Shown here piece by piece: positions 8,413-16,789 of a stretch of 27,486 bases of DNA; within the stretch, counting starts at the first letter, position 1; each line of letters starts with the position of its first letter. Source of the stretch: Spirochaetia bacterium (lineage in GTDB: Bacteria > Spirochaetota > Spirochaetia > Treponematales > Rectinemataceae); contig JAJTBL010000001.1 of assembly GCA_021286925.1 (NCBI GenBank), positions 1-27,486 of the forward strand. The letters are read 5' to 3'. The notes beneath the pieces were generated by a model. It had not been told where the DNA came from. It did not search any database and worked only from the letters and a program-made list of their open reading frames with translations. A program made the position numbers and the translations under genes.

Positions 8413-9387
8413 ATGAAGAAATTATTCGTTCTGCTGATGGCACTTGCCGTCGTGTTCGGCGCAGGAGCACAGAACAAGGCTGGCTGGCCGGAGCAGCTGA
8501 AATTTATGGCAGGACCTCCTGGAGGCAACTGGTTCGCGCTTGGAACGGCGCTTTCTGAAATGTGGAGCAAGGCTGTATTACAGACGACTTCTTCGACAGG
8601 CGGCGGAGTTGCCAATATTCTGAACACCGATGCTAAAAAAGGTGATTTTGGATTCTCCGTCACTTCGCTGGTCGGTGCGGCAATCGCGGGCGAAGAGGAT
8701 TTTACCGGAAAAGCGGTAAAAAACACCGTGGTCATGGCAAACCTCTATACACAGTTTACTTATTTTATTGTGAGAAAAGATTTTGCTGATAAAAATGGTA
8801 TCAAGACTTTTGACGATATGATCAATGGCAATGTTCCTGTCCGTTTTGCAACCTTGAAGCCAGGAACAGCGTCCGAGTTTGTCATCAAAGCGCTTTTCAA
8901 AAAAGGCTATGGCACCGATTACGACAAGCTCAAGAAAAAAGGCTGGACCTTCGAGTTTACTTCGTATGAAAACGGCACGGACCTGATCGCGGACAATCAC
9001 CTCGATTGTTTTGCCTTCTCGGTAGGACGCGTTGCAAGCGTTGTCATGAACATTGAAAACTCCACCCCGATCTATATTCTTCCGGTTGGGCAAAAAGCTT
9101 TGGATGCTTTGGCTCAAGCCTATGGAACGACAACATTTACCGTTGAGCCAGGTATCTACAAGAGTGTTAAAACTCCTATCAAAACCGTCGGCGATTACAC
9201 ATGTATCGTCATTCGCAAAGATCTGCCGGATTCATTGGTGTATGAGCTGAACAAAGCGCTGTGGGCTAACAAGTCCAGCCTGGCCATGGCAGTTCAGGAT
9301 ATCAATGAGCTTAACCCCAAAGAAGCGCTGCCCGAAGGGGTGCCTGCGCACCCTGCTTCGGTTCAGTTCTGGAAGACTGCAAAATAG
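8413..9387 (+). CDS. TAXI-family TRAP transporter solute receptor
   Basis: SD AAGGAG. Signal peptide; GPPGGNWFALG, STGGGVANI, LYTQF and HPASVQFW correspond to TAXI consensus blocks. Lies directly upstream of a fused TRAP permease. Confidence 0.88.
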   Translation: MKKLFVLLMALAVVFGAGAQNKAGWPEQLKFMAGPPGGNWFALGTALSEMWSKAVLQTTSSTGGGVANILNTDAKKGDFGFSVTSLVGAAIAGEEDFTGKAVKNTVVMANLYTQFTYFIVRKDFADKNGIKTFDDMINGNVPVRFATLKPGTASEFVIKALFKKGYGTDYDKLKKKGWTFEFTSYENGTDLIADNHLDCFAFSVGRVASVVMNIENSTPIYILPVGQKALDALAQAYGTTTFTVEPGIYKSVKTPIKTVGDYTCIVIRKDLPDSLVYELNKALWANKSSLAMAVQDINELNPKEALPEGVPAHPASVQFWKTAK

Positions 9388-9467
9388 CTTCGGCAAACCC
9401 GCCGCGTTGAAATTGCGGCTGGTGTTAGAATTGGCTTTGCGGATTTTTAGAAGCTTCAGTCAATACT

Positions 9468-9504
9468 TTTCAAGGCCGGGGCATGACTCCGGCCTTGAAA
9501 TTTT
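9468..9504 (+). terminator. Strong stem-loop between the TAXI receptor and permease genes
   Basis: Perfect 12-bp stem TTTCAAGGCCGG/CCGGCCTTGAAA followed by TTTT. A second weaker hairpin (GCCGCG/TGCGGC) lies at about 9400-9422. Confidence 0.7.
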
Positions 9505-9541
9505 CCCATTTTCCTAAGTTTCCTTAAGCCAGGGAGCAAGC

Positions 9542-11572
9542 ATGCGCAAGGTTGAAGGTTTCGCGAAAAAAAGCATTTATGTGTATGTCGTTTTAATTGG
9601 ATTGTTTCATATCTATACTTCCGTTTTTGGCAATTTTGAAGCTTATCTGCAGCGGGCATTGCATCTTACGATGATTCTACCGCTTGTTTTCCTTCTGTGG
9701 CCGATAAGCAAGAAAGCTCCGTCCGATAGGATTCCCTGGTATGATATGGTTCTCGCGGGTCTTTCTTTTGCTCCCGGGGTGTACATCGTCATCAATTACT
9801 GGGCGATTACGACAAGAATTGTACAAATAGACCCGCTGACGTCGACGCAGATAGTATTGGGGGCTTTGCTTATTGTGCTCCTGCTTGAAGCGGCTCGGAG
9901 AATTGTCGGCTTGCCGATCATGTTTATCGCGCTGGTTTCCATCCTGTACATGTTGTTCGGCAAATACATTCCCGGTCTTTTTCAGGGCATTTCATTTACG
10001 CCGGCAGAGATTATCGAACAGGCTTTTTTAACGGATGAAGGTATTTTTTCTTCTCCGCTGGGGGTATCCGCCACCTATGTCATGGTTTTCCTGATTTTTG
10101 GCGGGTTTTTGGAAAAAAGCGGTGTGGGGGAATTTTTCATGCAATTTGCCCAGGCGTTTACCGGTACTCAACCGGGCGGGCCTGCGCTGATTGCCGTAAC
10201 TTCTTCATGTCTTTTCGGTTCCATCTCCGGTTCAGCTGTCGCGAATGTGTATGGAACAGGCACCTTTACCATTCCGCTCATGAAGAAAATTGGCTATCCA
10301 AGTTATTTTGCGGGGGCTGTCGAAGCGGTAGCCTCAACTGGCGGCCAGATAATGCCGCCTATTATGGGAGCCGGCGCATTCCTTATGGCTTCATTCCTTG
10401 GATTGCCTTATAAAACCATTATGATAGCAGCAATCCTGCCGGCACTCATGTACTACGGCGCCGTCTTTTTAATGGTACGGCTGGGAGCGCACAAGAATCA
10501 TCTGAAAGGTCTCAGTCAGGAAGAATTGCCTTCAAAGCGGGCGGTAGCTAAAAAATCTTTCATGGTAATTCCGCTTGTCGGGATTGTTTATTTCCTGATG
10601 ACAGGCGCGACGCCCATGAAAGCCGCCATCATCGGCATTATCCTGGCCTGGCTCATATCGTTTTTCAATCCCAAAGCGGAACTGGATCAGGGAAAGAAGA
10701 AACTCTCATATCTAGCGGGAGCTGTTGTATCAGCGGTTTTTGTCGCGCTGGTCTTTTTCCCGGGGATTTCAGATTCGATCTTTAAAACGAAATTGAGCAT
10801 AGTTCCTGTAGTAATTCTTTTCATTGCAGTAACATACTTGAATGGCGGCATGAATATACAGGATGTCATTGACGCAATTTATGAAGGCGCCAAGGGGATT
10901 CCGTTAATCGCGATTGCCTGCGCGACAGCAGGCATTGTCCTTGGTGCGGTTGCTCTGACAGGAATCGGCGGCAAACTTGTCGGCTTTGTACTTTCATTTG
11001 CCAAAGACGCGCCCCTGCTCGGCCTCGCGCTGGTCATGCTTATTTCAATATTCCTTGGAATGGGGCTTCCGACCACCGGTGCGTATATCCTTGGTTCCGC
11101 TTTGGGCGCACCGATCCTGGTCAAGATGGGTTTTTCTCCCCTTGCGTCCCATATGTTTGTATTCTATTTTGCGGTCATATCGAATATTACTCCTCCGGTT
11201 GCGCTTGCGGCCTTTGCGGCCAGTTCTATATCAGGAGCTTCGCCCAACAAGATAGGCTTCCAAGCGATGCGGCTCGGATTCCTCGCTTTTATAGTCCCCT
11301 TTGCCTTCTGCTATGATCCCGGCTTGTTGCTGCAGGGGACTCTTGCGGTAAACCTCTTGGCTATTGTGTCAGGCATCATTGCCTTGTTTGCATTCGGATA
11401 TTTCTGGATGGGGTATATAACCAGACCGATTTCCTGGCCGATACGAATAGTGCTGGCTTTTGCCGGTGTCATCGCCTTGTTCCCAAATAACCTTTATGTC
11501 CTTGGAGCAGGTATTCTGGTTGGAGGATCATTCCTCTATTCGAAACTGATATTGGAAAAGAGACCGGCGTAA
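9542..11572 (+). CDS. TRAP transporter fused permease (4TM/12TM, DctQ-DctM-like)
   Basis: Highly hydrophobic 676 aa protein. GGPALIAVTSSCLFGSISGSAVANV, GTFTIPLM, ASTGGQIMPPIMGAGAF, GMGLPTTGAY and HMFVFYFAVISNITPPVALAAF. Confidence 0.92.
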   Translation: MRKVEGFAKKSIYVYVVLIGLFHIYTSVFGNFEAYLQRALHLTMILPLVFLLWPISKKAPSDRIPWYDMVLAGLSFAPGVYIVINYWAITTRIVQIDPLTSTQIVLGALLIVLLLEAARRIVGLPIMFIALVSILYMLFGKYIPGLFQGISFTPAEIIEQAFLTDEGIFSSPLGVSATYVMVFLIFGGFLEKSGVGEFFMQFAQAFTGTQPGGPALIAVTSSCLFGSISGSAVANVYGTGTFTIPLMKKIGYPSYFAGAVEAVASTGGQIMPPIMGAGAFLMASFLGLPYKTIMIAAILPALMYYGAVFLMVRLGAHKNHLKGLSQEELPSKRAVAKKSFMVIPLVGIVYFLMTGATPMKAAIIGIILAWLISFFNPKAELDQGKKKLSYLAGAVVSAVFVALVFFPGISDSIFKTKLSIVPVVILFIAVTYLNGGMNIQDVIDAIYEGAKGIPLIAIACATAGIVLGAVALTGIGGKLVGFVLSFAKDAPLLGLALVMLISIFLGMGLPTTGAYILGSALGAPILVKMGFSPLASHMFVFYFAVISNITPPVALAAFAASSISGASPNKIGFQAMRLGFLAFIVPFAFCYDPGLLLQGTLAVNLLAIVSGIIALFAFGYFWMGYITRPISWPIRIVLAFAGVIALFPNNLYVLGAGILVGGSFLYSKLILEKRPA

Positions 11573-11637
11573 AAGCTGTGCATCGGCGGCGGCTCTTGAA
11601 AAGGTTTTGCGTCTGACAGAGCTGCGGGAGGTATTCC

Positions 11638-12093
11638 ATGAAATGGCGGCTTGATGGCGACGTGCTTTATGTGGTCATGAGGGCGGGAGAAGTATTCCCG
11701 CGCGATGTTCTGCCGCTTTTCATGGGGAAAATCGGGGCTGACAGCGCAGCTGCTGGGCCGCAGCTATCCAGGCCGACCGGCATCATCCTGACCGGACTTG
11801 GCATGGTGAAAAATGTCGAACTAGGGCTTGGCTGGTACAAGGACAAAGAAGTTGGGTATGAGCGGGATTTCATTTCCGAGCCGAATGAATTGCTGGCGTT
11901 GAGCGGCTTTTTTATCAAGGATACCGAGAGACCTTGTCATATCCACGCGGTGCTCGGAGGCAGGGAGAGCATGGCAAGAGGCGGTCATCTTTTTTCCTGC
12001 GAAGTATTTACCTTTTTGGAGATGGCTGTCCGGATGGAAGATACGCCTTTGTTCCGCCAAATGGTTGACGGGCTTCCGGAACTTTCTTGGTAA
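11638..12093 (+). CDS. PPC-domain / DUF296 protein (AF0104-like, putative metal-binding)
   Basis: SD GGGAGG. TGLGMV, ELLALSG, HIHAVLG and GGHL motifs typical of DUF296. Confidence 0.8.
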   Translation: MKWRLDGDVLYVVMRAGEVFPRDVLPLFMGKIGADSAAAGPQLSRPTGIILTGLGMVKNVELGLGWYKDKEVGYERDFISEPNELLALSGFFIKDTERPCHIHAVLGGRESMARGGHLFSCEVFTFLEMAVRMEDTPLFRQMVDGLPELSW

Positions 12094-12104
12094 AGGAAAA
12101 AGCG

Positions 12105-12665
12105 ATGGAACGATGTCCCTGGTGCGGTTCTGATCCTCTGTATATCGAATATCATGATAAAGAATGGGGCACCCCGGTTCATGACGAGCGCAAGCATTTC
12201 GAATTTCTCCTCTTGGAAACCCAGCAGGCTGGACTTTCCTGGCTGACCATTTTGAAAAAGCGGGAAGCCTACCGTGAAGCATTCCATAATTTTGAGCCGG
12301 AACGAGTGGCGCGACTTTCCGAGGCGGATGTGGCGCGCATGCTGGAAAACCCCGGGATTGTCAGAAACCGGCGAAAACTTGCGGCCGCTGTGGTGAATGC
12401 CCGGCATTTTCTAGAAATTCAGGAAAAATACGGCAGTTTTGATGCCTGGATTTGGGATTTTGTGGATGGCCGTCCCGTCAATCACGGCCGGAAATGCCTC
12501 GCCGACCTGCCGGTCACGACGGAGCTTTCTGACACAATCAGCGCCGAGCTGAAACAAATGGGTTTCGCATTTGTTGGTTCAACAACGATTTACGCACATC
12601 TTCAGGCAATTGGAATGGTCAATGACCACCTTGTTTCGTGTTTCAGGTGGAAGGAGCTTTCATGA
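12105..12665 (+). CDS. tag: DNA-3-methyladenine glycosylase I
   Basis: RCPWC, YHDKEWG, LETQQAGLSWLTIL, IVRNRRK, GFAFVGSTTIYAHLQAIGMVNDH..C. Zn ligands appear intact; SD AAGGA. Confidence 0.95.
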   Translation: MERCPWCGSDPLYIEYHDKEWGTPVHDERKHFEFLLLETQQAGLSWLTILKKREAYREAFHNFEPERVARLSEADVARMLENPGIVRNRRKLAAAVVNARHFLEIQEKYGSFDAWIWDFVDGRPVNHGRKCLADLPVTTELSDTISAELKQMGFAFVGSTTIYAHLQAIGMVNDHLVSCFRWKELS

Positions 12666-13585
12666 TGAATCTTGTGTCCGCTATGGAAACTCGTGTTTCA
12701 ACACGGACTTTCGATGGAAAGCCGCTGTCCAGCGAGGAACAGGCGGCGCTGGAAAACCTTCTGCAGGATGTTGAGCGGGCTGAGAAACCTGACTTTCTCC
12801 AGCCGGTCCGGTTGACCTTGCATACCGGGCCGGGCGCTAAAATGGGAACTTTCGGGCTAATAACCAGCGCCGCGGGCTTTCTGGTCCCAGCGGTGCGAAA
12901 TGCGCCTTTCGCCATGGAAAGCGTGGGGTACAGCCTGGAGCTGGCCATTCTGGGCGCTGCCAGTCTGGGCATCGGTTCCTGCTGGATAGGCGGTGTTTTC
13001 AGCAGGGCCAGGGCGAATGAAGCAGCGCGCGCGGGCAAGGATGAACTGGTACCGGTTATCGCTGCGCTTGGTCATCCGGCGAGCCAGCGGAGTCTGGCGG
13101 ATCGAATTGTCACCGGTGCTGCGCAGTCCCGTGTCCGCAAGCCATTGTCGGAAATTTTCTTTCCGATTGCTGCTCAGCCGCACGGCGGCGCTGATGCGGG
13201 CAAGGAAGCGGTTTCCGCGGTCCAGCTCTCAGCTCCCTGGGATACCATTCTGGAGATGGTTCGAATTGCGCCTTCGGCATCCAACAAACAGCCCTGGCGA
13301 ATTGTCCAGGTTTCGGAAACTCCGCAGTTCGTCTTTTTTATGGAAGAAAACTACCGCTACAACAACAGTCTGGGCGATGTACACCTGCAAAACATCGATA
13401 TGGGCATTGCGATGTGCCATTTTGATGCGGCGGCTGAAGCTTGCGGTCTTGCAGGGACATGGCAGCCGCTTGCGGAGAACAGGGGTGCCGGCTCGTCTGC
13501 TGAAGATGAAAAGACCAGCACGGCGCTCGCGTTTGGCAGGTCCCGCGGCTGGAAACCGATCGCCGTCTGGCAGCAGAAGCGCTGA
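12662..13585 (+). CDS. Nitroreductase-family flavoprotein (TM1586-like two-domain type)
   Basis: ATGA overlap with tag. RVSTRTF, GIGSCWIGG, RIAPSASNKQPWR and IDMGIAMCHF. Confidence 0.85.
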   Translation: MMNLVSAMETRVSTRTFDGKPLSSEEQAALENLLQDVERAEKPDFLQPVRLTLHTGPGAKMGTFGLITSAAGFLVPAVRNAPFAMESVGYSLELAILGAASLGIGSCWIGGVFSRARANEAARAGKDELVPVIAALGHPASQRSLADRIVTGAAQSRVRKPLSEIFFPIAAQPHGGADAGKEAVSAVQLSAPWDTILEMVRIAPSASNKQPWRIVQVSETPQFVFFMEENYRYNNSLGDVHLQNIDMGIAMCHFDAAAEACGLAGTWQPLAENRGAGSSAEDEKTSTALAFGRSRGWKPIAVWQQKR

Positions 13586-13588
13586 CCT

Positions 13589-13650
13589 TTGCCTTTTCAG
13601 CGGGGATTCATTATTTTCTTTCTCATACAGGAATGTGTATTCGACATTCC
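13589..13650 (+). promoter_or_regulatory. Putative ferritin promoter and 5'-leader inverted repeat
   Basis: TTGCCT(13589-13594)-N17-TATTTT(13612-13617). Perfect GGAATGT-N7-ACATTCC repeat at 13630-13650, upstream of SD GGAGG. Confidence 0.5.
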
Positions 13651-13675
13651 ACAAAGATGAAATTGGAGGAAGAAA

Positions 13676-14194
13676 ATGATTTCCACGAAAATGGCTGACC
13701 GGATAAATCTTCAGATCAACCGCGAGATGTTCTCAGCGTATCTTTACATGGCGATGTCTGCCCGCATGACTGAAATGGGCTACACCGGCATCGGCAAATG
13801 GCTCATGATTCAATACCATGAGGAAATGTTCCATGCCATGAAATTTGCCAAATACCTGCAGGATCAGGGCGCTTCAGTCAAGCTGGACAAGCTTGATACG
13901 CCGGATTTTCCGGAAAAAACCGTCAAGGAACTGTTTCAGCATGTGCTCAAGCATGAGCAGTGGGTAACCGCAAGCATCCGCGAAATGGTCGAACTTGCCC
14001 GCACCGAAAAAGATTACGCTACGGAAAACCTTCTGAACTGGTACATCGATGAGCAGGTCGAAGAAGAGAAAAACGCCACGGAAATTCTGCAGGCGATCGA
14101 CCTGATTGGCAACAATGCCCAGGGCTTGTTCATGCTGAATGTCGAACTCGGCAAGCGTGACAACCATGCTCCGCTGGACTTCACCAAGGCATAA
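13676..14194 (+). CDS. ftnA: Non-haem ferritin
   Basis: QINREMFSAYLYMAMS, HEEMFHAMK, HEQWVT and WYIDEQVEEEK; ferroxidase-centre residues present. Confidence 0.93.
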   Translation: MISTKMADRINLQINREMFSAYLYMAMSARMTEMGYTGIGKWLMIQYHEEMFHAMKFAKYLQDQGASVKLDKLDTPDFPEKTVKELFQHVLKHEQWVTASIREMVELARTEKDYATENLLNWYIDEQVEEEKNATEILQAIDLIGNNAQGLFMLNVELGKRDNHAPLDFTKA

Positions 14195-14225
14195 TTCTCA
14201 GCGTCTCAAGCAGATTTTGACGAGC

Positions 14226-14261
14226 AAAGCCCTTCGCCTGAATTGGTGAGGGGCTTTTTTT
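14226..14261 (+). terminator. Rho-independent terminator of the ferritin gene
   Basis: AAAGCCCTTCGCC-tgaatt-GGTGAGGGGCTTT stem ending in a T7 tract. Confidence 0.85.
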
Positions 14262-14290
14262 GCGCGCCCGTTCTCGCTATTCTTGAACCC

Positions 14291-15844
14291 ATGCAGGAAA
14301 TTCTTTTTCGGAGCACCGTGGGCGGAACAGATGCGCCGGTGCCAGCAGAAACCGCGATTGCCGAGGGCATGCCTGCCGATGGCGGGCTCTATGTGCCTGT
14401 TTCATTTCCGAGATTGCCGGACCGTGTTTTTTCGCCGGAGCCGCTTTCTTATGCCGAATTGGCATTTCTCGTGATGAAGCCGTATTTTTCCGGCTGGGAC
14501 GAGGCGGTTTTGAAGGACATTCTCCGCAAAGCCTATGATCTAAATACCGAGGCGGGGCGGGAGCCGTATTTTGATACCGGCGAAGTGGCGCCCCTTGTGC
14601 CGCTGGAAGGCATTGCTCAAAGCCCCGGTGCCCGGGTCTTTGTCCTGGAGCTGTTTCACGGCAGAACCTGCGCGTTCAAGGATATGGCGCTCAGCGTGCT
14701 AGGCGGGCTTATTCATCACAGCCTGGAGCGGCTGGGCAGGCATGAGCCGCTTGCCATTCTGACTGCCACCTCGGGTGATACCGGGTCGGCTGCTCTGGAG
14801 GGCCTTGCCGGAGTTCCCGGGCTGAAGACCGCCGTTGTGTACCCGCATGCGGGAACCAGTGAAATCCAGCGTCTCCAAATGGTGACAACGACCCCTGAAA
14901 ACCGCCTTGTTCTCGGATTGGAAGGCAATTTCGACGATGCGCAGAGCGCGGTTAAAGCCATTTTTGCAAGCGCTGCAACATCAGCGGATTTTGCGGGCAT
15001 CAGGCTTTCTTCGGCTAATTCGATCAATATTGGAAGGCTCTTGCCGCAAATTGTGTATTATGTCAAGGCTTGGCGGGACCTCTCGGCGCAGGGTGCGCTA
15101 GGCCGTGATGGGCGGATGAATGTCGCAGTGCCGACCGGAAATTTCGGCGACCTTCTGGCCGCAAAATACGCCAAGGAAATGGGCCTGCCGATCGGAACAC
15201 TGGTCTGCGCGTCCAATGCGAACAAGGTGCTGGCGGATTTTTTTGCGACCGGTGTCTATGACCGCTGCCGGACGCTGGTTAAAACGGACAGTCCTTCCAT
15301 GGACATCCTCGTGTCCAGCAATCTGGAGCGCCTTGTCTTCCTTGCGGCCGGGCAGAATCCGGAACGGGTCAAAACCTTGATGAGCAACCTGAAAACCAAG
15401 GGAGTTTTCAAACTGAATCGAAAGGAAATGGCATATCTGGCGGATTTTGAGGCTGGCTGGTGCAGCGACTACTCGGCTGGCTCGGCTATTTCCAAGGCAT
15501 GGTCAGTGTGGCGTGTGTTGCTGGACCCCCATACTGCGACGGCGCTGGATGTTGTTCTGCAGAAAGAACATATCCTCAAGGATGGCACGCCGCTCGTCAT
15601 TGCGGGTACGGCTTCTCCCTATAAATTCCCCCGGGCCTGCTCCGAGGCGCTTGGCTTTGCGCACGCCGGCAGCACAGCTTTGGGAGATCTGGAGTGCGCG
15701 CTTGAGCTAGAAGCGAAAACCGGCGTTGCCATGCCGCGCCAGTTGAAAGAGCTGTCCGCTAAAACCGTCCATCACCGCAAAGTTGTCACCAAGGAAGCGC
15801 TTGCGGGCGAGCTGGCTCAATTTTTTCGGAATAAATCTGAATAA
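14291..15844 (+). CDS. thrC: Threonine synthase
   Basis: DGGLYVP, ELFHGRTCAFKD (PLP lysine), ATSGDTG, SANSINIGR, PTGNFGD and SPSMDILVSSNLER. Start placed at ATG 14291 because the longer ORF runs through the ferritin terminator. Confidence 0.93.
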   Translation: MQEILFRSTVGGTDAPVPAETAIAEGMPADGGLYVPVSFPRLPDRVFSPEPLSYAELAFLVMKPYFSGWDEAVLKDILRKAYDLNTEAGREPYFDTGEVAPLVPLEGIAQSPGARVFVLELFHGRTCAFKDMALSVLGGLIHHSLERLGRHEPLAILTATSGDTGSAALEGLAGVPGLKTAVVYPHAGTSEIQRLQMVTTTPENRLVLGLEGNFDDAQSAVKAIFASAATSADFAGIRLSSANSINIGRLLPQIVYYVKAWRDLSAQGALGRDGRMNVAVPTGNFGDLLAAKYAKEMGLPIGTLVCASNANKVLADFFATGVYDRCRTLVKTDSPSMDILVSSNLERLVFLAAGQNPERVKTLMSNLKTKGVFKLNRKEMAYLADFEAGWCSDYSAGSAISKAWSVWRVLLDPHTATALDVVLQKEHILKDGTPLVIAGTASPYKFPRACSEALGFAHAGSTALGDLECALELEAKTGVAMPRQLKELSAKTVHHRKVVTKEALAGELAQFFRNKSE

Positions 15845-15856
15845 CAAGGAACAGGC

Positions 15857-16789
15857 ATGATACGGATATCGGTACCGGCAACCAGCGCCAACATCGGCGC
15901 CGGCTTTGATACTCTGGGCATTGCCCTTGCGCTCCCGGCATTTTTCAATGTCGAGCCTGCAGACACCACTAGCATCAGCGGCTGCCCCGTGGAATTTCAA
16001 ACTGAAGACAACCTTTTTCTGCGTTCGATGCGAAAAGCGAACGAGATCCTCGGCTATAAGAACCGGCCTATACGGCTTCATATCGAATCAGCCATTCCGG
16101 TTGCGAGAGGGCTGGGCTCCAGCGCGGCGCTGACCGTCGGCGGTGTCCTCGCCGCGATGCGGCGCGGAGGTGCTGGGACTGCCGAGCCCTTATCTGCCGA
16201 TGAAAAGGCGCTCGCGCTGCGGATCGCGACCCTAATTGAAGGGCACCCCGACAACGCCGCGCCGGCTCTCATGGGCGGCTTCTGCGCTTCAATGATTCTC
16301 GCAGGCGCTGACAGCGCCGTGCCTGCTGTCCCTGCAGTGCATGTCGGAGCAAGCCCGGTAGCCGAGTCCTGGACATTCCACGCACTGATTCCGCCTTTCG
16401 AACTTTCCACCGCGCTGGCGCGTGCCGCTTTACCGGCTTCCGTGAGCCTGCATGACGCGGTTTTCAACATCAGCCACGCGGTCATGACCGCCCTGGCCTT
16501 TGCCCGCGGCGATGCAAGCCTGCTGGCGGGCTCGGTTCAGGATTTGCTCCATCAGCCATATCGAAAAAGCCTGATTCCCGGCTACGATGCCGCCATGGAT
16601 GCCTGCAGGCAGGGCGGAGCGGATGCGGTCTGGCTGTCAGGCGCAGGTCCCACGATCATGGCGGTTGCGGCGGATCAGGAACAATCCGGAAAGCTTTCAG
16701 CCAGCCTGGATGAATTTTGCCGGGTCCAAGGCTGGAAACACCTAGCGCTGAAACCCGACAACCGTGGAGCTGAGGTACACGATGCCTGA
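15857..16789 (+). CDS. thrB: Homoserine kinase
   Basis: VPATSANIGAGFDTLG, GHMP motif PVARGLGSSAA, EGHPDNAAP, D.LHQPYR and SGAGPT. Confidence 0.93.
   Translation: MIRISVPATSANIGAGFDTLGIALALPAFFNVEPADTTSISGCPVEFQTEDNLFLRSMRKANEILGYKNRPIRLHIESAIPVARGLGSSAALTVGGVLAAMRRGGAGTAEPLSADEKALALRIATLIEGHPDNAAPALMGGFCASMILAGADSAVPAVPAVHVGASPVAESWTFHALIPPFELSTALARAALPASVSLHDAVFNISHAVMTALAFARGDASLLAGSVQDLLHQPYRKSLIPGYDAAMDACRQGGADAVWLSGAGPTIMAVAADQEQSGKLSASLDEFCRVQGWKHLALKPDNRGAEVHDA

Noticed and set aside
13630-13650. Eukaryote-type iron-responsive element
   Set aside because: The loop is GUAUUCG, not CAGUGN, and there is no bulged C. Kept only as a generic leader hairpin.
14195-14290. Threonine attenuator or T-box before thrC
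   Set aside because: No Thr/Ile-rich leader peptide or T-box motif. The hairpin present is the ferritin terminator.
11734-16318. Near-identical 15-mer GGCGCTGACAGCGCC (16304-16318, a 7-1-7 palindrome) and GGGGCTGACAGCGCA (11734-11748), both encoding GADSA in Ala-rich loops, as an in-frame repeat element
   Set aside because: Only two copies. A 13/15 match is expected many times by chance in 27 kb, and no further copies were found.
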